A stretch of DNA of 64,000 nt, taken from a virus. Taxonomy: Duplodnaviria; Caudoviricetes. A program made the translations under genes and the position numbers. Under the pieces are notes generated by a model. The model was not told where the DNA came from and made no database searches. It was given only the letters and a program-made list of their open reading frames with translations. Each line of letters starts with the position of its first letter. Within the stretch, counting starts at the first letter, position 1. Shown piece after piece: positions 41,592 through 50,969 of this stretch. The DNA lies in IMG/VR virus record IMGVR_UViG_3300037851_000141, positions 256,001 through 320,000 of that record. One strand, 5' to 3'.

Positions 41592-41866
41592 ACTTTGATC
41601 TTAAAATAGACCGTAAAATCATTTTCTTCGGTATAAAACATAAACTTAATCCTCTTGAAACTTACTATAGAACTTTATTTGATACTAAAATACAAGATAA
41701 CTACCAAGACATCGCAATAGATATAATAAACAACTTGACTGAAGAAATCCAAATCCAAACCACCAGACGTAGATTCATGTCTCACGGATTTATCCAAGAG
41801 TGTTGCCAAGAAAACCAAAATAAAGTCAATAAACAATCTGTACTAAGAAGCCTAAAACATGAATAA
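41588..41866 (+). CDS. C-terminal-tag family member 17
   Basis: Ends KVNKQSVLRSLKHE. Confidence 0.75.
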   Translation: MNFDLKIDRKIIFFGIKHKLNPLETYYRTLFDTKIQDNYQDIAIDIINNLTEEIQIQTTRRRFMSHGFIQECCQENQNKVNKQSVLRSLKHE

Positions 41867-42074
41867 CCTAAAATCAAATACGGCAAAATCTGTTAGTGAA
41901 AACGTTAGAAAATCTATTAGTGACTCAATTTATGACAATGTTAAAAAATTTATCTATATTCCAGTATATTACTCTACGCCATTCACTATATTTTACCATA
42001 ATAAAAAATCTATTAATTACAATATAAACAAACTCAATAAATCATCTGTCTTAAGAAGCCTTCAATCCATTTAA
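41859..42074 (+). CDS. C-terminal-tag family member 18 (SVxx periodic)
   Basis: Ends KLNKSSVLRSLQSI. Confidence 0.75.
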   Translation: MNNLKSNTAKSVSENVRKSISDSIYDNVKKFIYIPVYYSTPFTIFYHNKKSINYNINKLNKSSVLRSLQSI

Positions 42075-42329
42075 TACATCTGCCGTTACTTTATCACGTA
42101 TCTTATAAAATTCTAAATAAAGATTCATAGAATAGTTCATCTCAAATCTTATTGCTTCTCTTAACATAAACTCTTTCTTATCAATTACCTTAAAATAATA
42201 ATCATTTACTTCTTTACAAATACATTTTCTTACATTATCCTTAACCTTATTTCTTACAATCATAGCAACATCACTATGATTGAACCCCTGTATAATATCC
42301 TCAGCAGACCAACGATCAACTAAAGGCAT
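42051..42329 (-). CDS. C-terminal-tag family member 19 (degenerate tag)
   Basis: Ends KVTADVLNGLKAS. Confidence 0.55.
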   Translation of the reverse strand: MPLVDRWSAEDIIQGFNHSDVAMIVRNKVKDNVRKCICKEVNDYYFKVIDKKEFMLREAIRFEMNYSMNLYLEFYKIRDKVTADVLNGLKAS

Positions 42330-42406
42330 ACTCCAGTCCTTATCCTCTTATTTTACCATCTTCCCTAAAATGTCAAGAAAAATCCACTTGCTATCAACTA
42401 ATCACT

Positions 42407-42703
42407 TTGTATAATAACAGCCTAAAGGATTTTATTATGGAACACGAAAATAAAAAAGAAAAGATAGTATTTTATCCGCGTGATATCGGTATGTGGCGTA
42501 GACGTTTTACTTTCACAGCAGATCATAATACTAAAAAAGAATTCAATAGTAAAACAGAATTCCTTGATTTCTTAAAAGAGAATGGAGTTCGATTAGACGA
42601 TCCAAAATTCCCGCTTCAATTTAAGAAGACTGATAATCCAAAATATGGTTCTGTAGAGGCTATAATACAATCGACAACTATCGGCTGGATTAAAAAATAT
42701 TAA
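42407..42703 (+). CDS. Hypothetical protein
   Basis: 98-aa ORF with own promoter; likely start at MEHENKK after an AAAGGA RBS. Confidence 0.6.
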   Translation: MYNNSLKDFIMEHENKKEKIVFYPRDIGMWRRRFTFTADHNTKKEFNSKTEFLDFLKENGVRLDDPKFPLQFKKTDNPKYGSVEAIIQSTTIGWIKKY

Positions 42704-42933
42704 TACATTACAATGAAAATTCAACTCCAGTTCACACAATGGATAAACACAAGACCACAATTCTTACCATTCATCATCCATAAAACAAATAAAATAAACC
42801 AAAAATCATGCGCCAAAGTAATACTATCAGTTTCTTATCCTAGTCAACGTCTTAATGAATCAATTAAATCAGCTTTCTCACAGCAATAACAAAATATCAC
42901 AATTCTATCAACACAAAAACTATACTTGATATA

Positions 42934-43167
42934 CTAAAAACCCCTTAAACCACTTAATACAGCTTCTTTATTAACATTCCTATAGCCATTCTTAAATGCT
43001 TCAGGTAATATAAAATAAATAGAATGTAAATATGTATTCCTTCCGTTCCGTCTTATATAACTTTCAACACCCTTCCAAACACATAACTCAACTGAATTGG
43101 CAATATCATTATCAACAATAGTCTTAGACCCGAAATATAACAATATCTTTAGAATCAAATATATCAT
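42934..43167 (-). CDS. C-terminal-tag family member 20
   Basis: Ends NVNKEAVLSGLRGF. Confidence 0.7.
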   Translation of the reverse strand: MIYLILKILLYFGSKTIVDNDIANSVELCVWKGVESYIRRNGRNTYLHSIYFILPEAFKNGYRNVNKEAVLSGLRGF

Positions 43168-43170
43168 TAT

Positions 43171-43362
43171 TCATCCTCTTAATCCCCTTAATACCGCATC
43201 CTTGTTCACTTCCTTAATCTTATTCGGACCTTCTAATATATAACTCATAATAGGATCACGATATGCCTTTAGACACATATCTACATCAACAATATCTAAA
43301 AAAGAATCATATACCCTAATACACATATCCTTAAAATATAACCTCTTACTCATAATCACCAT
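43171..43362 (-). CDS. C-terminal-tag family member 21
   Basis: Ends EVNKDAVLRGLRG. Confidence 0.7.
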   Translation of the reverse strand: MVIMSKRLYFKDMCIRVYDSFLDIVDVDMCLKAYRDPIMSYILEGPNKIKEVNKDAVLRGLRG

Positions 43363-43488
43363 CTTATCATCTACTTCATTTATGTCAAGATCCTTTATCC
43401 ACTTAAAAACTTCATCCTACACCGTTTACCTTATATTTTCTGAATGGCTTATACTACTTACCCTAAATACCTTAAATAAAAATATCCA

Positions 43489-43603
43489 CTTGAAACTACT
43501 TGAAACTAATCAAAACCTCGTCAAAAATAAAAAAACCTACTTGAAACTAATCAAAAATAAATCTCTTATATTAAAACTAATCAAAACCTCGTCAAAAATA
43601 AAA
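43489..43603. repeat. A/C-rich direct repeats left of the skew switch
   Basis: AAACTAATCAAAACCTCGTCAAAAATAAAA at 43503 and 43574; CTTGAAACTA three times (43489, 43499, 43540). Confidence 0.8.
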
Positions 43604-43649
43604 ACCTATATAAAAAATAGGGTGTATCTTAGTCGCAGTTCGAACACAC

Positions 43650-43738
43650 GGCCGGAATTTTCATTTTCCCCAGGAATTTAACCAAGTCAAGCAATTTTTA
43701 CAATTTTGGCCCGGTTTTTTAGTTTTCCCAGGAATTTA
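43650..43738. repeat. 31-bp imperfect direct repeat at the skew switch
   Basis: GGCCGGAATTTTCATTTTCCCCAGGAATTTA (43650) and GGCCCGGTTTTTTAGTTTTCCCAGGAATTTA (43708). Confidence 0.8.
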
Positions 43739-43839
43739 GTTATTTTTTATTCAATTGCTCAAAAAATAATCAAAAAAGAAAATATTTGACTTTTTTAAGA
43801 AGGATTTATAATGAGGATAGAGAAAAGAGAGTAGATAAG

Positions 43840-44025
43840 ATGATTAAGGAAATGAATAACCTTAAGATCAAAGCTAGCGTTTATATTAGTGTCTTGAATA
43901 GTGTTGGATATAGTGTCAGGAATAGTGTTGGATATAGTGTCAGGAATAGTGTTGGATATAGTGTCAGGAATAAACAGTATAAAGTTAACAAGGGTGCTGT
44001 ATTGAGGGGGTTGAGGGATGAGTGA
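43840..44025 (+). CDS. C-terminal-tag family member 22, with a tandem repeat
   Basis: (SVRNSVGY)-type repeats; ends KVNKGAVLRGLRDE. Confidence 0.7.
   Translation: MIKEMNNLKIKASVYISVLNSVGYSVRNSVGYSVRNSVGYSVRNKQYKVNKGAVLRGLRDE
43897..43968 (+). repeat. 24-bp tandem repeat, three copies
   Basis: AATAGTGTTGGATATAGTGTCAGG, exact x3, in frame. Confidence 0.95.
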
Positions 44026-44269
44026 ATATGTTTATTGGTCTAATTTGATGAATGCCTGGAACGATGTTAAGAAATTTATTAGGGAATCTGTTAAGAAATC
44101 TGTTATATACTCTGTTAAGAAATCTATTGATGTATATATTATGGAAGCTGTTGATGTGAAGGTTTGTTGGCCTGTTGATGGATCTGAAATTAAAGTTATT
44201 AGGGAATCTATTAAGGAGAGATATAAGGAAGTTAACAAAAAGAGTGTAATAGCGAGTTTAAGAGATTGA
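44018..44269 (+). CDS. C-terminal-tag family member 23 (SVxx periodic)
   Basis: Ends EVNKKSVIASLRD. Confidence 0.72.
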   Translation: MSEYVYWSNLMNAWNDVKKFIRESVKKSVIYSVKKSIDVYIMEAVDVKVCWPVDGSEIKVIRESIKERYKEVNKKSVIASLRD

Positions 44270-44340
44270 GTTGTTTGTAGGGTAATTGGGTTAAAAAATT
44301 GAGTATAAAAAATTAGCGAGTTGGATTAGCGAGTTGTGTT

Positions 44341-44646
44341 TTATGATTTTAGTGAGTTTAGGATAGATTTATGATTTAAGTATTTAAGGTTATAGGATTG
44401 ATGTAGGGAGGTTTGTGTATTAGATATATAGGTTGATTGGATTAAAGATTCGCCGTCAGTATCATATATCAAAAACTCTAATTTTACATAATAGTTGTTT
44501 TTAGTATTTAGGTGTTTAAAAGATTCGTAAGATATGAGGGTAAAGCCTATTTGATTGAAGAAATCTACAAGAGTTATTTCTGGTGGTTTATACATGGTTG
44601 ATTTAAGGTTATTTGGGTATATGAATAGAGGATTTGGTTTATTCAT
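44341..44646 (-). CDS. C-terminal-tag family member 24
   Basis: Ends YLNHKSILNSLKS. Confidence 0.65.
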   Translation of the reverse strand: MNKPNPLFIYPNNLKSTMYKPPEITLVDFFNQIGFTLISYESFKHLNTKNNYYVKLEFLIYDTDGESLIQSTYISNTQTSLHQSYNLKYLNHKSILNSLKS

Positions 44647-44871
44647 AGTAGTTATAGTTTTTTATATTGGTAGGGGGTTTGTGGGGAAAAGTATTTGACA
44701 TTTAGATTTTTTATATAGTTGAGGGTGGATTTGTGGTCTATTATGAAAAGGGTGGGAGTCAATTGAAAAGATTTAGATTCCTTATTACCTACTATGAAAA
44801 GGGTTGTTGTCAAGGGGTAAAATCTTTAGAATGTGAGGGTTTAATATTAGGATAATGATTTGGTATAGGTT

Positions 44872-45108
44872 TTATGGAATATTTGTTGTAGTTGAAGAAA
44901 AAGAGGATAGGATGGATTGTTTATTTATTTTGATTAATTTTTTGTATGCGATATTTTGGATTATATTAAATAGAGTTGTATTATGATCGTCGGCAAGGGT
45001 GGCGTTTGAGAATAGGAATAAATTAAAATGTGGTATTTGGTTTATGAGGTTGAAGTAATTTTTTCTTAAGTTGTATCCTAATAATGGGTTATGATGGAAG
45101 TTATTCAT
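44872..45108 (-). CDS. C-terminal-tag family member 25
   Basis: Ends KINKQSILSSFSSTTTNIP. Confidence 0.65.
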   Translation of the reverse strand: MNNFHHNPLLGYNLRKNYFNLINQIPHFNLFLFSNATLADDHNTTLFNIIQNIAYKKLIKINKQSILSSFSSTTTNIP

Positions 45109-45314
45109 TTGAGACTCTTTAGGACAGATTGTTTATTTAGTTTATAGAAGCATGGGTATTGATTAAGGTGGTCAAAATTATCAATAACGGCAACAATAGC
45201 AAACCAAATGAAGTTTATACATGGTGCTGCTGATCTATCAATACGTTGAATAGCACCAGATTTTTCAGCAGAGTACCTAACAGAACCCTTAATATTTGTT
45301 TTTAAGTTATTCAT
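45105..45314 (-). CDS. C-terminal-tag family member 26
   Basis: Ends KLNKQSVLKSLK. Confidence 0.72.
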   Translation of the reverse strand: MNNLKTNIKGSVRYSAEKSGAIQRIDRSAAPCINFIWFAIVAVIDNFDHLNQYPCFYKLNKQSVLKSLK

Positions 45315-45659
45315 AGGAAGAAGTTATCATTATCATTTGCTTGGTCTGGAGCATCGTCAATGTTATAGTTATTTCCTTCTTCTGTATTTGATGGACCTAT
45401 TTGAGTGACGTTGAAACCTTGGTCTTTGAGCCAATTAGTGAAATTAGTTGGATCTACGTGACCAGTTGAATCTGTATTTAGTTCTAAGTCTTTTTGTTTT
45501 AGGGATTTAGGTACGAGTGATTCATTAATAGAACCATCGTCATTGAAGGGGTTGACCCAGGTTTCGTTATTCATGGTGTCTATTGTACCTTATATTTTGG
45601 GGGAGTCAAGAGACAAAATGTGATATAGGATAGGGTGAAAGGTAGGGGTTTAGGGTATT

Positions 45660-45947
45660 TTAGTGGACAGATTGTGATATTTGTAAGCTTTTTAGTACAG
45701 CTTGTTTATTTATTTTATGTTGTTTAATATTTTCCATAAAAGGTGATATAAAGAATAATTTGGATTCTAAACATAGTGTATCTAACTTATGAGAAAGGTT
45801 ATACTCTACAAACAAATATAAACTATCTAATAATTCATATCGTTCTAATCTAATGTAAGTATTTGGAATATTGAAACAATTTAAGATTCTATATTGAAAG
45901 GACTTATAGATTTGTTTTGGTATATACAATCTAATCCTTCCAGTCAA
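45660..45947 (-). CDS. C-terminal-tag family member 27
   Basis: Ends KINKQAVLKSLQISQSVH. Confidence 0.72.
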   Translation of the reverse strand: MTGRIRLYIPKQIYKSFQYRILNCFNIPNTYIRLERYELLDSLYLFVEYNLSHKLDTLCLESKLFFISPFMENIKQHKINKQAVLKSLQISQSVH

Positions 45948-47142
45948 ATTTTTGGTAGTTTAGACAGATCCACTTATTGAAACGTTCGGGATCATTGTTC
46001 TTTAGGATATCGTCTTTATATTGGAAGAAGTAAGACCAGAAGATTTTGGGTGCATGCTTTTGAACAGCCATAGCATAATCTTTTTGAGTTGAAGGCTGAA
46101 GTTCCCGTAGAGTTGCTTCCGCTTGTTGAGATTGAGTTAGAAGATTAGCGACTTTGGTTTCGAGAGATTTAGCGAATTCCTTCATAGTGTCAACGAGAAC
46201 AGGAAAGATATCATCAAGAGTATGGTTGAAGAAAGAATCAATAACAACATTACGAGTATGCTTGATATCACCCCCACCTACTGAATGGAGAGATACATAG
46301 CGGTTTGATTTGATTTTCGCAATTGGCTTATTACCTTGATAGACAACAAACCCTTCAGAGTATTCAACACCATCTTGCTCAATGGCTTCAATACCTTTAG
46401 TGTTAACCCAATAGCGAAGATCATCAAGAGTGATAATATCCAGTTCATAAAGCATCTTCTTCCAAGGTAGACGAAGATTAGATGCTCCATTTGAAAGAAG
46501 ATTAATTACTATATCATCAAGAGGATCAACATAAGTCCCGTATTCATTATGCCTTACAGCGAGAAGCACCACTTGATTTTGAGGATACTTGGTGACAATA
46601 CGGTTTTCATTACAAGCAAGTTCAAAGATATAGGTATAGTTAGTATCCAGAAAATTAGCGAGTTGAGTGTTTGAGAGTCCAATAGTCTTGAAGAATAACT
46701 CAGAGAATGAAAACTTATAATCCCCGACATTACCAGTAGGGATTGAACCAAGAGTAGAAGCTTGCCAGTTGTTGGTGATAGGATTATGATAAAGGATAAT
46801 ACAAGACCCATCAACCTTTTCATAAATAGCGAGTTGATTTTTGATAAGATTGAAATCAGCTTCATTGAATATAGGACAGAACCCCTCATGCTGATTAAAG
46901 AACTTATTGAAAGGACGAGCAACATATTTCCAACCAGATTGAGACTGATAGAGAATAGCTCCCCGACATTCAGCAGTCAAGGGTCGAACGAATTTAGCCT
47001 GTAGTTGATCATACTTGAATTGATATAACCCATTGTGAGTATTGACATTTACGCCGAATTCAGTAATAAACTTTTCCTTTATCTCATCCAGAGTAAAGGC
47101 TGAGTTGAAATACTTGTTGAGATATTCTTGAAGTTGAGACAT
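45931..47142 (-). CDS. RNA ligase, T4 Rnl1-like
   Basis: ECRGAIL, ARPFNKFFN, YEKVDGS (motif I), YIFEL, EGFVV, KIKS..Y. Confidence 0.88.
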   Translation of the reverse strand: MSQLQEYLNKYFNSAFTLDEIKEKFITEFGVNVNTHNGLYQFKYDQLQAKFVRPLTAECRGAILYQSQSGWKYVARPFNKFFNQHEGFCPIFNEADFNLIKNQLAIYEKVDGSCIILYHNPITNNWQASTLGSIPTGNVGDYKFSFSELFFKTIGLSNTQLANFLDTNYTYIFELACNENRIVTKYPQNQVVLLAVRHNEYGTYVDPLDDIVINLLSNGASNLRLPWKKMLYELDIITLDDLRYWVNTKGIEAIEQDGVEYSEGFVVYQGNKPIAKIKSNRYVSLHSVGGGDIKHTRNVVIDSFFNHTLDDIFPVLVDTMKEFAKSLETKVANLLTQSQQAEATLRELQPSTQKDYAMAVQKHAPKIFWSYFFQYKDDILKNNDPERFNKWICLNYQKFDWKD

Positions 47143-47189
47143 GTGTTATTCCTCTTATCTTGCGTATTATAGCGAGTTAAAAAAGGAAG

Positions 47190-47465
47190 TCAATGAACAA
47201 TATAACCCTTGTTTGTGACCGGATATATATCTTCCAGGTATCTATGATTAGCCTGGAGTTGTATTCTTTCTTTTTCAATTTCAGCGACCTTACTATCAGC
47301 CTCAATCAAGAGACAGGTTCCGAGAGAGATACGGATGTTATTTCTTGAACCTTGCCATCGGGAGCGTCGAGTTGCTGTAAGTCTGCCAGCGTTCCAATAA
47401 TAACTATATCCTACTTAGGCACAGTTATTAGGATTATAGGTACGGTGAATGAGTCTGGCAGCCAT
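47190..47465 (-). pseudogene. 91-codon ORF broken by one in-frame TAA
   Basis: MAARLIHRTYNPNNCA*VGYSYYWNAGRL...KGYIVH; TAA at 47415-47417; RBS upstream. Confidence 0.55.
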
Positions 47466-47794
47466 GATTAATCCCTTTCAACAATCTTATAGCGAGTTTC
47501 ATCCGTGAAGTCATTTTCAGCCATGAGTTGTTTGATAGTCTTGAATTCAATAGCACCAGAGAGAACATAATTTAGGGAACCGTAGTATTGTCCACCTATT
47601 TTAGCATCAGCATAACAGGTTCCATTCTTTTCAGTCACTAACGTATATCCCCTAATTCTCTTATTCTTATTCCTACGACGGACGATATAGGTAGTCATAT
47701 TGATTCTCCTTGGTTGATTATATAGCGAGTTAGAAAAGGTCAAGTGAGATATCGGATTAAGAATACCTCACTTGACCGATGAACATTAGCGAGT

Positions 47795-48547
47795 TTAGAA
47801 GAGTCGAGTCTTGCTATTGCGCTTCTTTAACCAAGGCGAACCATGAAACACCAGACCGATTCGACGTATGTTAGGATTGGCGGCTGGGGCATCAGTTTCA
47901 ACAGCAGACGAGTAGCGGGAATTAGCGAGTTTGGTTTGATCCACAAAGATACGAGCATGCCGGTCAACACGCCGATCAATCAAATGGTCCTGCTTTCCAC
48001 CATAAGAGAAGACATAGGTAAAGTTAGCAGGAATCAGACCCATAGCCTTCGCATTTTTCATCAGAGAAACTTGCTTGGTATAGGCATAAAACTTAACATG
48101 AGGGAGACGCAGCATAATATCACGCCACATCATAAAGTAATCCATGTTATAGAAGTCACCGGAAGTATGACAACGAATGACTTTACAATTTCTCTTTGCC
48201 AACACTTCCTTAACCAGAGCATCAGAGAAACCAGTAGGATCGTCCATCACCCATTGCAGATTCTTATTGTGTCGAGTCATGGCCGAGTTGAAGTTATATC
48301 CACCCTGGCAAGCAAAGCAGAATTGGACACACTTACCAGCTTGCGGACAGGTTTGAACATCACGCACAATACCATTCTCAACATAAGCACCCTTGAACCC
48401 AGGAAGATCAAAATTGTAATAGCCAGACTTTTTCATCTTGCTATTTTGCGTCAGGATTTCCTTTGGACGCATCATAACAATTTCCTTATACTTGCTCAAA
48501 GGAACACCCTTCGGAGTAGTAAAAGGCTTAAGAGGGGTCGGGGTCAT
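47795..48547 (-). CDS. Gp88-like phage protein (Cys cluster)
   Basis: NSKMKK...FDLP...TCPQAGKCVQFCFACQG, IRCHTSGDFY, FYAYTK. Confidence 0.75.
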   Translation of the reverse strand: MTPTPLKPFTTPKGVPLSKYKEIVMMRPKEILTQNSKMKKSGYYNFDLPGFKGAYVENGIVRDVQTCPQAGKCVQFCFACQGGYNFNSAMTRHNKNLQWVMDDPTGFSDALVKEVLAKRNCKVIRCHTSGDFYNMDYFMMWRDIMLRLPHVKFYAYTKQVSLMKNAKAMGLIPANFTYVFSYGGKQDHLIDRRVDRHARIFVDQTKLANSRYSSAVETDAPAANPNIRRIGLVFHGSPWLKKRNSKTRLF

Positions 48548-48730
48548 GGCTGGTTGTCTCCCTTGTGCGGTTGATTATATAGGGGAATTGGAAGTGTCAA
48601 CAGGGCAGATAAAGAGTAAAATAATAACCCTTATAACTATGTAAGTATAATCTAATAACCTTTTCGCTTGATTGGCACAGTTTTCATGTTAGCTAAAGAT
48701 AATGATCGCTAACTTGATATAATAGTTGAC

Positions 48731-49012
48731 ATGATCAAATTTCATAGTAAGTGCGAAGGCAATCGATGCTACTTCTGCGGAATTAGTAAAGATAGAAATG
48801 TAAAAGGTAAGGGAAGAAGCCTAGTGGAATTTCATCATATTATCGAAAAGAATATGGGTGGTGGAAATGAAGACTCCAACCTTGTTCCTGTTTGTTCTAA
48901 TTGCCATTCCCTAATCCATGAAGGGCATATTAGAATAGATAAATGGTACTTTTCTACTAAAGGCTGGGTCTTACATTATTGGCAAGATGAAAAGGAATAT
49001 TGGGGTTCTTAA
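48731..49012 (+). CDS. HNH endonuclease
   Basis: CYFCG...EFHHII...NLVPVCSNCHSLIH. Confidence 0.85.
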   Translation: MIKFHSKCEGNRCYFCGISKDRNVKGKGRSLVEFHHIIEKNMGGGNEDSNLVPVCSNCHSLIHEGHIRIDKWYFSTKGWVLHYWQDEKEYWGS

Positions 49013-50064
49013 GTCAATTCCCAAAAACCAGAGAGAATAGTATTTTTATCTACCTGACCACTATTCAAGAAGAAGTCCAAAGTTTGTTGAATTTGCTGAT
49101 TGACTTCATAATTCCAATCAATGTTCTTAAAGAAGACTTGGGATTTAAGATCACCACTCACCCAAGTAATCATATTGGCATCAGGGTCAGCACAGTAGTT
49201 AAATGGCACCCTAATCTTTTGGCCATCAACAACTAAAGAAACCCCCGACATCACCATTGTATAAGTTTGGACGTTCATATCAATGTCCGAAAAGGATACA
49301 ATGGGTTGCTCTCTTACCGTGCTTCTTTCCAGTTTCCGACATCATCTTGAGCATCTTATAAGCCCAGGAATACCTAACATAATCTGATTTGATCTTGGGT
49401 TTGAGGGCATCAATAACACGTTGAATAGGAATTGCCATCAACTTATCACCATACTTATCTTCCTCAATACAAGTGTCACCATCAGAGGCGAAAATGAAAG
49501 CGGGTGTACAGTTAGAAACATCAAAACTCAAACAACCCCCACAAAGATCCAGCCGGGCCATTTCTTGAAACCAAAAAGAGTCAGTCTTACCTTTTTCAGT
49601 AAAACCTTTTTGGCTTGTAATCTGACCAATATGTAGCCGAATCTCATAGCCCATGATTGAGTCTCCTTGTGTGTTTGATTATAAGGCTTGTTTTAGAGTG
49701 TCAAGCCTCAGTCGGTTCCTCGTCATTGGCTTCCCTAAACGCTTCCTCAACCTGTCTCTCCAACGTATCAACATAGTCAAAGAAGGTATCAGACTGGAAA
49801 GGATAGGTAAACGTCTCACTAAACTCCGCATCCGAACCCTCAACAATAGAACCAATAGAAAAACCATTGTCATCAAACTCAATCCAAGCTCCACATTCAG
49901 TTTCACCATAAATCATCTGACCCATTTCCTTACGAGCATCACAATCAAAAGCATCAAGAAACTCAGTCTCGCTGCTAATCATGCGGTTGTCAAAGTAGTT
50001 GAGGTCACGAAGCATGGTTGTTGCTCCTTTTGTTTGGGTTGATTATATAGTCTGTTTTATAAAG

Positions 50065-50454
50065 TCAAGCCGCAGTACAAACCCAGGCATTATCCTTCAA
50101 CTCATAAACACCAGCATCCTTCACATCCTCTAATGCCTCTGTCCGCTTCCAAAGAGCATTAAACTCATTACCAGATACAGGAAAATGCGTAAACCTCTTG
50201 CTCAATAACCGAATAGCAGCAAGAGAACTTAATGCCGCAACTATACACCGAACATTACCACCATTCCACTTCCAAAATAACAAACCTTCATCATTCAACT
50301 TCACTTCTTTAGTAGTTTCAACAACAGGACTCTCATTAACTAACTTGAGATAGTCTGGATGAGATTCGACCCAAGCAGGCTTTCGACCTCTAGTACCAGT
50401 GACATAAGTATTGCCATCACTGTTGGTTATGACGATGCCTTTGGGAAGTGACAT
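50065..50454 (-). CDS. Protein with one H-NS-like DNA-binding motif
   Basis: TYVTGTRGRKPAWV; start moved to MSLPKG after promoter and RBS. Confidence 0.6.
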   Translation of the reverse strand: MSLPKGIVITNSDGNTYVTGTRGRKPAWVESHPDYLKLVNESPVVETTKEVKLNDEGLLFWKWNGGNVRCIVAALSSLAAIRLLSKRFTHFPVSGNEFNALWKRTEALEDVKDAGVYELKDNAWVCTAA

Positions 50455-50884
50455 GGTTGTTTCCTTATGCGTTGGATTATATGAGAGATTGGAGAGAGTC
50501 AACCTTTTCTTCCCCAACCTGCTAAACAACCAATAAGCGCACCCCAAGCAAAATAAGGAAAAATATAACTTCCAAATCCAAATATAAGTTTCCAATACCA
50601 AGGCAACTCCATAAAGATTCCACTCATGACAGGGAACGTAGATGGAGAAAATGTCAAAATACCAATAAAGATTCCAGTAGCAATAAACAAATATAATCCA
50701 AGTTTATCCAAATACGCAGATACATAAGCAAATGAAAAGTGAAGCAGTACAAAGACCGCCCACATTGGAAGCATGTTTAATGGGTACATGATCTTATTAT
50801 ATCTTCAGATTCAAGATGTCAATAGGTTGTTTTTAGGTTGACTTCATCTTATTTCATGTTAGATAGAAAATATGAGAGTAAAAA

Positions 50885-50917
50885 ATAAGCCTAACCCCTT
50901 TTGAGAGTTAGGCTTAT
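50885..50917. terminator. Bidirectional-looking terminator hairpin
   Basis: ATAAGCCTAACCCCTTTTGAGAGTTAGGCTTAT; near-identical to the 58118 hairpin. Confidence 0.7.
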
Positions 50918-50969
50918 AACAACTTAGAAGCGGCGGATGAGTGAGGTTGCTTCCAGAGTTGTTCCAAGG

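Larger units (their letters stand above)
44250..47931 (+). repeat. Cluster of polarised TAGCGAGTT 9-mers
   Basis: Exact copies at 44250, 44314, 44327, 46656, 46827, 47170, 47490, 47723, 47787, 47923 (also 31288 and 41572), all on the + strand. Confidence 0.8.

Noticed and set aside
43382-43681. ORF-track 99-aa protein
   Set aside because: It runs through the low-complexity A/C repeats at the skew switch; no RBS, and the composition is not protein-like.
43897-43968. Possible CRISPR array
   Set aside because: Head-to-tail 24-bp repeats with no spacers, in frame within a gene. No repeat-spacer array or cas gene was seen anywhere in the window.
39985-45947. Diversity-generating retroelement, shufflon or integron explanation for the tag genes
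   Set aside because: No reverse transcriptase, recombinase, template/variable repeat pair or palindromic att site was seen, and the tag DNA is degenerate.
39985-45947. Tag as a PCNA PIP-box
   Set aside because: Some members resemble Q-x-x-L-x-x-F (KQSILSSF), but Q and the aromatic pair are not conserved whereas N-K is. Kept only as a weak hypothesis.
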